Shown: in pieces, positions 17,443 through 24,043 of the stretch | How the letters are laid out: each line of letters begins with the position of its first letter | Numbering within the stretch: the first letter of the stretch is position 1 | Origin: a virus | IMG/VR virus record: IMGVR_UViG_3300045988_064709 | Strand: one strand, 5' to 3' | Length of the DNA stretch: 46,533 nucleotides | Made by a program: the position numbers and the translations under genes | Notes under the pieces: generated by a model | The model's database searches: none | Told to the model about the DNA's origin: nothing | The model's input: only the letters and a program-made list of their open reading frames with translations

Positions 17443-18029
17443 GCATTATTGATACTCTCGTCTACGACCGCACACAGGCTGATGTAGACAGGGTTTTTAC
17501 CCTGAAAAACAAAATCCTCACGGAAGGGCTTTCGAGCCTTTCCGCTGAGGAAAAGACCGAGTACATGGCTGGCATGAAGGGTGCTTACAATTACGGGGAC
17601 ATGAACCGTGTGGGGCAAGCGGTAGCCTATATCGCCAACCGCATGACTTCTCTCCCCGGACAGTTGGCGGCATACCGAGCGGAGAAAGGAGTCGCTGATG
17701 ACCCGATCTACCAAGTTCCGTATAACCCTTCCTCGGTGGTGGTTGCGGCAAAGACAAATTGGGCGATGGGTGATACGCCCACCCAATCTCTCGTGAAAGC
17801 CTACTTGAACAACCTGACGGTTCTCCGAAAGCAACTCACGCTTCCCCCGGACGCACCGCTGGTTCCGAGCAGTCTGGACAATCTCACTTTTTCCACGGCA
17901 AACAACATTGAATATCTCCTGTATGTCATCGACACAACGCTGACCGAGGTAGAAACCGAGCTGTATTCCAAGATCGACCGCACGGTGGACGCTTTCGCCT
18001 ATGTTGGTCTGTATAACTGCGGAGAGTAA
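17439..18029 (+). CDS. Tail fibre-associated protein (by position)
   Basis: 196 aa. ATGA overlap with the upstream gene. Lies directly upstream of the DGR target. Confidence 0.35.
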   Translation: MSIIDTLVYDRTQADVDRVFTLKNKILTEGLSSLSAEEKTEYMAGMKGAYNYGDMNRVGQAVAYIANRMTSLPGQLAAYRAEKGVADDPIYQVPYNPSSVVVAAKTNWAMGDTPTQSLVKAYLNNLTVLRKQLTLPPDAPLVPSSLDNLTFSTANNIEYLLYVIDTTLTEVETELYSKIDRTVDAFAYVGLYNCGE

Positions 18030-18041
18030 GGAGGAAATTTC

Positions 18042-19187
18042 ATGAAAGATACTGTCATTAAGGGCAACGGTAAGTCCCGTTCTGTCAAGGCTCCTACCGA
18101 TATGCCTGCAACCTTCGAGGAATGGCGCACACAGCTTCTCGCCGGAACTGCCACCCTCGACATTGGTCTGAACGCCGCAGGCTGTGATGTGGTCGGCACA
18201 GCCATGAGCAAGGCAAATCTGCTGTCCGACACCACCAAGTCGGCACTGGAACTGAGCGGCAGCGACCCCACGGTGAATGACGCTCTGTATGCTCTGAGCC
18301 AGAAAGGTTCCCCCGCAGAGGTGCGTGTCATCGCTGATACAGGCTCGACCGTCACCATGAGCAGGGGCGGTAAAACCCTGACCGGTAAGGTTGCTTCGAC
18401 CGGCTATGCCACTCTGTACCCGACCGAGCTGGGTGACTGGACTATCGTGTTTACTTATAACGGTTCTCAGAAAACCAAGGTTTACACGCTGGAAGTCATC
18501 GGTATTGTGTATGTTTATCCCTTTGTGGTTGGCGCTACGCTGGAAGCTACCTCTTGGGATAACATCGCCGCTGTTTCCAAGTTCGGTCAGGCTCCGAACT
18601 ACTGGAAGGTCGGTGACAAGAAGAACATTACCGTCAACGGTGTGACCTATGCGGCACAGATCATCGGTTTTGACCATGACACTCTGACCACCGCAGACGG
18701 TAGCCGCACCAAGGCTGGTATCACCTTCCAGTTGGTCGATTGTTTGAACACGACCTATTCCATGAACGGCTCCAATACCAATGTGAACGGCTGGCGTGGT
18801 TCCACTATGCGTACCTCCACAATGGCAACACTGCTGAACCAGCTTTCCTCTGACCTGAAAAGTGTGTTGAAGTTCGTCAACAAAGTGACCAGCAAGGGCA
18901 ACAATCAGTCCGGTTTGGAAACCACTTCTGACAAGCTGTTCCTTCTGTCCGAGATCGAAGTTTTTGGTGCTACTCAGTATTCTTACGCCGGTGAGGGTAA
19001 GCAATACGAGTATTATACCGCAGGCAACAGCACCATTAAGAAGGTCAATGGTTCTGCGCACAGCTGGTGGGAGCGTTCTCCTATTTCCGGCAACACCTCC
19101 GACTTCTGTAGTGTGAACAGCAGCGGCACCGCCGACTATTACACCGCCAGCTACTCCTGTGGCGTGTCCTTCGGCTTCTGCGTTTAA
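18042..19187 (+). CDS. Tail fibre / receptor-binding protein, DGR target 1
   Basis: 381 aa. The C-terminus WWERSPISGNTSDFCSVNSSGTADYYTASYSCGVSFGFCV is encoded by VR1. Confidence 0.85.
   Translation: MKDTVIKGNGKSRSVKAPTDMPATFEEWRTQLLAGTATLDIGLNAAGCDVVGTAMSKANLLSDTTKSALELSGSDPTVNDALYALSQKGSPAEVRVIADTGSTVTMSRGGKTLTGKVASTGYATLYPTELGDWTIVFTYNGSQKTKVYTLEVIGIVYVYPFVVGATLEATSWDNIAAVSKFGQAPNYWKVGDKKNITVNGVTYAAQIIGFDHDTLTTADGSRTKAGITFQLVDCLNTTYSMNGSNTNVNGWRGSTMRTSTMATLLNQLSSDLKSVLKFVNKVTSKGNNQSGLETTSDKLFLLSEIEVFGATQYSYAGEGKQYEYYTAGNSTIKKVNGSAHSWWERSPISGNTSDFCSVNSSGTADYYTASYSCGVSFGFCV
19052..19181 (+). repeat. DGR variable repeat VR1
   Basis: Ungapped alignment to TR 19715..19844. In the body I count 18 mismatches, all at TR adenines. 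Confidence 0.9.
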
Positions 19188-19211
19188 TCCTCGGTTTCAT
19201 CAACACCAATC

Positions 19212-19229
19212 CCGCCCCGTCAGGGGCGG
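19212..19229 (+). promoter_or_regulatory. GC hairpin downstream of VR1 (CCGCCCC GTCA GGGGCGG)
   Basis: 7-bp perfect stem with a 4-nt loop. The 24-nt context AATCCCGCCCCGTCAGGGGCGGTG is repeated after VR2. Confidence 0.75.
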
Positions 19230-19249
19230 TGTAAGAAAGGAATGTTGGC

Positions 19250-19678
19250 GTGTCAGTCATCAAAGCTATGCGTGGCGAAAGCTCCATGCAGTTCATCGAA
19301 ACCGCCAGACGGTTAGAGCTTCACGCTTTCTCTGTCTGCACCAAGGCTCCTAAAAGATACGCACCTCTGCTGACAAACCGTATCTTCGAGCTGGCTTCCA
19401 CGGTTCACGAGGAAGTCCGAGCGGCGAACAACATCTACCCGCACAATCAGCATGAAGCGCAAATGCGGCGAGATCACCTGATTAACGCCAACATCGCCCT
19501 TCAAAATCTTAGCCCGAAGCTGACTTTGCTCTATGACGCTATTCTTCAAAACCCTGAAAAGTGTCCGTGGATTGACCACGCCATGAAGGAATTTGGAGAG
19601 TACATCACGGACGAAGCACAGCTTATCTCCAAGGTTCGGAAAGCTGACCACGAGAGGTATAAAGACCTCCCTGTGTGA
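19250..19678 (+). CDS. avd: DGR accessory variability determinant (Avd-like)
   Basis: About 140 aa, helical and basic, located between the target gene and the TR as in BPP-1. GTG at 19250 or ATG at 19268. Confidence 0.7.
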   Translation: MSVIKAMRGESSMQFIETARRLELHAFSVCTKAPKRYAPLLTNRIFELASTVHEEVRAANNIYPHNQHEAQMRRDHLINANIALQNLSPKLTLLYDAILQNPEKCPWIDHAMKEFGEYITDEAQLISKVRKADHERYKDLPV

Positions 19679-19714
19679 GTTTTTCATTGGGTCAAGCCCT
19701 GTAATTGTTACCGT

Positions 19715-19844
19715 TTCTGCGAACAACTGGTGGGAGCGTTCTCCTAATTCCGGCAACACCAACAACTTCTGTAATGTGAACAACAACGGCAACGCCAACA
19801 ATAACAACGCCAGCAACTCCAATGGCGTGTCCTTCGGACTCTGC
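19715..19844 (+). repeat. DGR template repeat (TR)
   Basis: AAC/AAT-rich. It would translate as NNWWERSPNSGNTNNFCNVNNNGNANNNNASNSNG. It serves as template for both VR1 and VR2. Confidence 0.9.
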
Positions 19845-20066
19845 AACTTCGCATAGGTCAGTCGTAGTAACCCCTTTGGGCGAAATCGGTACCTTTTGCA
19901 GAGGGAGGGCTTGTTCCCGGCTACCAAGCCAAAACACCCCGTCCGATGTAGTCAGCCGGACGCTTCTTGCATGGTGAGCGATTGTACGGTAGCTCATTTC
20001 ATGGCTGGTACTACAAGCAGTTAGAACCCGTACCCGACAATAAGACTGTACGGAGGGGAACATTTT
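19715..20066 (+). ncRNA. Putative DGR RNA (TR plus about 220-nt spacer upstream of the RT)
   Basis: No credible ORF. It lies between avd and the RT. In characterised DGRs the TR-spacer RNA primes cDNA synthesis. The boundaries here are inferred. Confidence 0.5.
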
Positions 20067-21215
20067 ATGACAAGTGAAGAACGGAGAGAAGCCCGTTATC
20101 AGCGCAGAAAAGCCAAGCGGGATGAAGCTCGTCTGCGGCGAAGCAAAGAATGTGGTGATTTCGATGAAGTCTTTTCGTTCAGACACCTTTACCTTTCCGG
20201 GAAGAAATGCTGTAAGGGTGTCTACTGGAAAAACTCAACTCAGCGGTATATCGGCAATATCATTCCGATCATCGCAAAGACCCATCGTGAACTTCAAAAC
20301 GGAACCTTCAAGCACCGTGGTTTTCACGCTTTCACCATCATGGAACGAGGGAAAAAGCGGTATATCCGATCAGTCCATATCACGGAACGAGCGGTTCAAA
20401 AGTGTCTGTGTGACTACTGCTTGGTTCCCATCTATTCGGCCTGTTTTATCTATGACAACTCAGCCAGTTTGAAACACCGAGGTATGGACTTCGCCCTGCG
20501 CCGTATGACCTGTTACCTTCAACGGCATTACAGGAAGTACGGTCTGGAAGGAGGGGTTCTGCTTTACGATTTTCACAGCTTCTTTGACTCAGCTCCACAT
20601 GAGCCGCTGTTCCGTGAAGCCGACCGCAGACTTCATGACCCGAAAATCAGAGAGCTTGCGAACAGCTTTGTTACAGACTTCGGTTCTGTGGGCTTGGGTC
20701 TTGGCAGTCAGGTGTCTCAGACAAACGCCCTCATGCTTCCCAATATGATCGACCACTATTTCAAAGAGGTCTGCCGTATCAAAGCCTATGAGCGATACAT
20801 GGACGATGGTGCGGCAATCAGCCCTGACATTGATGACCTGTATCTCTGTATGGACGGGTTGAAGATCATCTGCGAGAAGTGCGGTCTGGAACTGAACTTG
20901 AAGAAGACAAGGGTCATTCCTCTCAGAGATTATTACCGCTGGTTGAAAACGAGGTTCATCATCACACCGACCGGCAAGGTTGTTCGGAAGATGAACAGGG
21001 ACTCAACAAAAATCGTTCGACACAAGCTCAGGGCTTTCCGAGGAAAGCTCGACCGGGGCGAAATGACCTTGGCTGACATTCGGTGTTCCGTGGACTCCTA
21101 CAACGGTCACATGAAGCGAGGTCACAGCTTCAAGGTGCGGCAGCGCACCAATCAGTATTTCAAATCATTGTACGGGTTCTACCCGGACGAGAAAGGTTGG
21201 AAAAGCCATGTATAA
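20067..21215 (+). CDS. DGR reverse transcriptase
   Basis: 382 aa. Carries LGLGSQVSQ (the DGR-type LGxxxSQ motif 4) and RYMDDGA (YxDD). RBS GGAGGGG. Confidence 0.9.
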   Translation: MTSEERREARYQRRKAKRDEARLRRSKECGDFDEVFSFRHLYLSGKKCCKGVYWKNSTQRYIGNIIPIIAKTHRELQNGTFKHRGFHAFTIMERGKKRYIRSVHITERAVQKCLCDYCLVPIYSACFIYDNSASLKHRGMDFALRRMTCYLQRHYRKYGLEGGVLLYDFHSFFDSAPHEPLFREADRRLHDPKIRELANSFVTDFGSVGLGLGSQVSQTNALMLPNMIDHYFKEVCRIKAYERYMDDGAAISPDIDDLYLCMDGLKIICEKCGLELNLKKTRVIPLRDYYRWLKTRFIITPTGKVVRKMNRDSTKIVRHKLRAFRGKLDRGEMTLADIRCSVDSYNGHMKRGHSFKVRQRTNQYFKSLYGFYPDEKGWKSHV

Positions 21216-21876
21216 AATTATCAAGAAGGACGCAGTTCTCGGCATTGTGAGCAATCTAACTTGGGTATGTATGCAGGAAAACGGCTGCTACGGCCTGACG
21301 GTCGAGGACAATGCACAGGGTATTGCCTTGAACGGCACCGTGTACCATGTCAACGGACACCCCAAACTGGACGGTGCTGAAACGGTTTCGGTCGAAGAAG
21401 TGGACGATGGCGTTTACGCTTCCAGTCTGACCGCTCTGCTGACTGACCCGAACGACATCCGTAATTCTGAGCAGTTCCGCAAGGCTGTTCAGATGTTCGC
21501 CAAAAGCCTTGACGAAGACTCTGCGATGATGATTGCAACCATCTACGACCCCTATCAGGTCGGTCATGCCTATGCTGTTGGTGATTATTTCACCTACGGC
21601 GTGAACGGTGTAGGCGACCCGCAGCTCTACAAGGTAGTACAGGCGCACACTTCTCAAGCAGATTGGAAGCCTGACACACTTCCCGCTCTCTACACTCCGA
21701 TTGGCCTGACCCCCTCCGGCTACCCCGTGTGGACTCAGCCCACAGGCGCTCATGACGCTTACAACAAGGGTGACATTGTGAATTACAACGACAAGCTGTA
21801 CCGCAGTCTGATTGACGGGAATGTGTATTCCCCGGACGCTTATCCCGCTGGCTGGGAAGAATACACCAGCGAGTAA
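21208..21876 (+). CDS. Protein with two C-terminal CBM5/12-like carbohydrate-binding repeats
   Basis: 222 aa. YAVGDYFTYG...LYKVVQAHTSQADWKP and YNKGDIVNYNDKLYRSLIDGNVYSPDAYPAGWEEY both fit the CBM5/12 pattern. Overlaps the RT by 8 nt. Confidence 0.5.
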   Translation: MYKIIKKDAVLGIVSNLTWVCMQENGCYGLTVEDNAQGIALNGTVYHVNGHPKLDGAETVSVEEVDDGVYASSLTALLTDPNDIRNSEQFRKAVQMFAKSLDEDSAMMIATIYDPYQVGHAYAVGDYFTYGVNGVGDPQLYKVVQAHTSQADWKPDTLPALYTPIGLTPSGYPVWTQPTGAHDAYNKGDIVNYNDKLYRSLIDGNVYSPDAYPAGWEEYTSE

Positions 21877-21891
21877 GGGAGGGGGCAGGAC

Positions 21892-22152
21892 ATGAGTGAC
21901 GCAATTCTGGTCGCTATTATCACGGGTAGTCTGAGCCTGCTTGGTATCATCTACTCGTCCAGCAAGTCCGCCAGCAAGGTTGACGCAAAACTGGACAAGC
22001 AGCAGGCGGTTATCGAAACCAAGTTGAACGAACTGACCCGTGAAGTGCGGGAACACAACAATTTTGCAAGGCGTGTACCTGTGGTTGAGGAACAGATCAA
22101 GGTCATCAACCACCGTATCGAGGACTTGGAGGGCTTTCACAAGCCTGCCTGA
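21892..22152 (+). CDS. Membrane-anchored coiled-coil protein (lysis-associated?)
   Basis: 86 aa. N-terminal TM segment (ILVAIITGSLSLLGIIY) followed by a coiled coil. Confidence 0.4.
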   Translation: MSDAILVAIITGSLSLLGIIYSSSKSASKVDAKLDKQQAVIETKLNELTREVREHNNFARRVPVVEEQIKVINHRIEDLEGFHKPA

Positions 22153-22161
22153 CCCGAAAGT

Positions 22162-22272
22162 AAGGTGAAAAAGGTGAGTAATCGGGTCAAAATCCCTATA
22201 ACTTTCTTTTAGTATGCGTGTATAAGAAGGAGTTTATAGGAAAAACGCCCGATTACTCACCTAACTCACCTA
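22162..22272. repeat. Palindromic element A (about 111 bp), upstream of the holin gene
   Basis: Perfect 15-bp arms AGGTGAGTAATCGGG (22172..22186) and CCCGATTACTCACCT (22248..22262). An extra AGGTGA half-site lies outside each arm. Inner CCTATAACT / AGTTTATAGG pairing. Confidence 0.85.
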
Positions 22273-22296
22273 AATTAAAAATTGGAGGTAAAAATT

Positions 22297-22692
22297 ATGC
22301 TCGAAACCATTTTGCACAACCTGACGAACATTGGCTGGGCTATGCTCATTTTCCTGTGTGCCTACCTATCCAATGTGTCCTTTTCTCTGTATTACAACAT
22401 CAAAATCCTGCTGGAACCGTTCAGCAAGGAAAAGCTGATAAACTCAGGCTTGAAGATCGCCGCTTTTGTCTGCGGTCTGACCTTGCTGTGTGTGGCTATT
22501 ACCACGCTGCCGCTGTTTGCGGATATGGTCGGGTGGGAAATTCCGTCTGAGTATGTAGATATTTTCAGTAATTTGGTGATTATTGGTGCGGTACTCATGG
22601 TGTCCTGCAAGTACATCGCAGAAGCATTTACGAAATTTAAGGCCATTTTGGACGCTACCAAGGAGGACAAGAGCTATGATGAAGTCAAGTGA
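22297..22692 (+). CDS. Holin
   Basis: 131 aa with 3-4 TM segments and a charged C-terminus. GGAGG RBS. Its 3' end overlaps the endolysin start. Confidence 0.7.
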   Translation: MLETILHNLTNIGWAMLIFLCAYLSNVSFSLYYNIKILLEPFSKEKLINSGLKIAAFVCGLTLLCVAITTLPLFADMVGWEIPSEYVDIFSNLVIIGAVLMVSCKYIAEAFTKFKAILDATKEDKSYDEVK

Positions 22693-23533
22693 ACTGGTCG
22701 CCAAGGTCGTTGATATTGCTAAGCACTACAAGACCCTGTATGTTATGGGGTGCTTTGGTGCGCCGCTGACCGACACAAACAAGTCTCGGTATATCAAGAA
22801 CCACCCCTACAACATGGCGGCAGCTCGTACCTCTATGATTATGGCGGCGACCCCTGACACCTTCGGCTTTGACTGCGTGAACCTTATTAAAGCCGTTCTG
22901 TGGGGCTGGACAGGGGATAAAACCAAGTCCTACGGCGGCGCAAAATACGCCACCAACGGCGTACCTGACGAGGGCGCTGACACTATGATTAAGAGGTGCA
23001 AGGACGCTTCCGCTTCCGGGTGGGACAAGGTTGACCCCGGCGAAGTGGTGTGGACTACGGGACATATCGGCGTGTATATTGGCAACGGCCTTGCGGTCGA
23101 GTGTTCCCCTCGTTGGGCGAACAATGTGCAGATCACCGCTGTCGGTAACATCGGGAAGAAGAACGGGTACAATACCCGTATGTGGAAGAAGCACGGACAC
23201 CTCCCCTATGTGACCTACGACAAAACCGTGACCCCCGCACAGCCCGAAACGGTCAAGCCCGTTCCTACCACCGAGGTCAAGGCGAAGGGTGTTGCACGGT
23301 CTTTCAATAAAGTTGTGGCAGGCACTTACACCGTGACCGCTGGTGCTGGCCTGAATGTCCGTGACGCTGCCGGGACGGACAGTAAAGTGCTGGTGACAAT
23401 CCCCAAGGGAACCACCATCAAGAACTACGGCTACTACACCGTTGTAAACGGCGTTAAATGGCTCTATGTGGCGTTCTCGCACAAGAGGGTGAATTATACT
23501 GGCTTCGTGCATGAACGCTTCCTGAGCCGCTGA
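22676..23533 (+). CDS. Endolysin: NlpC/P60-type peptidase with a C-terminal SH3b domain
   Basis: FGFDCVNLI (catalytic Cys context), GHIGVYIG (His), and a C-terminal SH3-like LNVRDAAGTDSKVLVTIPKGTTI. AGGAGG RBS precedes the ATG at 22676. Confidence 0.75.
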   Translation: MMKSSELVAKVVDIAKHYKTLYVMGCFGAPLTDTNKSRYIKNHPYNMAAARTSMIMAATPDTFGFDCVNLIKAVLWGWTGDKTKSYGGAKYATNGVPDEGADTMIKRCKDASASGWDKVDPGEVVWTTGHIGVYIGNGLAVECSPRWANNVQITAVGNIGKKNGYNTRMWKKHGHLPYVTYDKTVTPAQPETVKPVPTTEVKAKGVARSFNKVVAGTYTVTAGAGLNVRDAAGTDSKVLVTIPKGTTIKNYGYYTVVNGVKWLYVAFSHKRVNYTGFVHERFLSR

Positions 23534-23544
23534 GAGGGCTTCCT

Positions 23545-23793
23545 ATGGGTGGTAAACGAGTGCAACCTAAGCCGAAGAAGAAAAGAATGAGAAAGCGCAC
23601 GAAGTTCACGATCTTGTCCATCTTCAATCTGACTTGGTATGCCGTTGTGGTTCTGATTTTGAACGCCTGCGGTCACACGGTTGACACAGAATTGACGGTC
23701 GGCTGGTTTACGGCTTGGACTGTTGAACTCGCCATTCTGTACGGTATTAAGGTCAAGTCAAAAGAAACCTCAGACGAGGACGCTCAGGGGTGA
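23545..23793 (+). CDS. Small membrane protein with a very basic N-terminus
   Basis: 82 aa. KPKKKRMRKRTK followed by two TM segments. Lies downstream of the endolysin. Confidence 0.4.
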   Translation: MGGKRVQPKPKKKRMRKRTKFTILSIFNLTWYAVVVLILNACGHTVDTELTVGWFTAWTVELAILYGIKVKSKETSDEDAQG

Positions 23794-23797
23794 GAAA

Positions 23798-24004
23798 ATG
23801 CAAGTGCTGAAAGAAATCACGCTCGATAAGGTTATCAATCTCTATGAGGGTCAAGTCGTTCACGACAAAAAGCAGCTCATTGAATGGGACGATCATCGCC
23901 GTACTCCACTCTATGAGCTGAAAGAACGAACGCTGGCTCAGGACAAGATGATCTTGGGTGCGCTGAAATGCGCCAGAGCGAACGGGTATTCCGGCGAAGA
24001 ATAA
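23798..24004 (+). CDS. Hypothetical protein
   Basis: 68 aa from the ATG at 23798. The listed ORF 23723.. is its upstream extension. Confidence 0.4.
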   Translation: MQVLKEITLDKVINLYEGQVVHDKKQLIEWDDHRRTPLYELKERTLAQDKMILGALKCARANGYSGEE

Positions 24005-24007
24005 AAG

Positions 24008-24043
24008 AAGACACTCCCTACCGATTAAGGTAAGGAGTGTCTT
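24008..24043. terminator. Bidirectional hairpin between convergent genes
   Basis: AAGACACTCC(CTACC) / (GGTAA)GGAGTGTCTT gives about 14 bp of stem with one mismatch, with A/T runs on both sides. It overlaps the integrase stop codon. Confidence 0.6.

Noticed and set aside
19593-19856. 87-aa ORF with an extremely Asn-rich C-terminus (NNNGNANNNNASNSN).
   Set aside because: Its 3' half is the DGR template repeat and its 5' half overlaps avd in another frame. The Asn richness comes from the AAC-rich TR and does not indicate a protein.
22218-22550. 110-aa ORF starting inside palindromic element A.
   Set aside because: It is an alternative frame of the holin gene. It starts within the palindrome, lacks an RBS, and the 22297 frame has a GGAGG RBS and clear TM helices.
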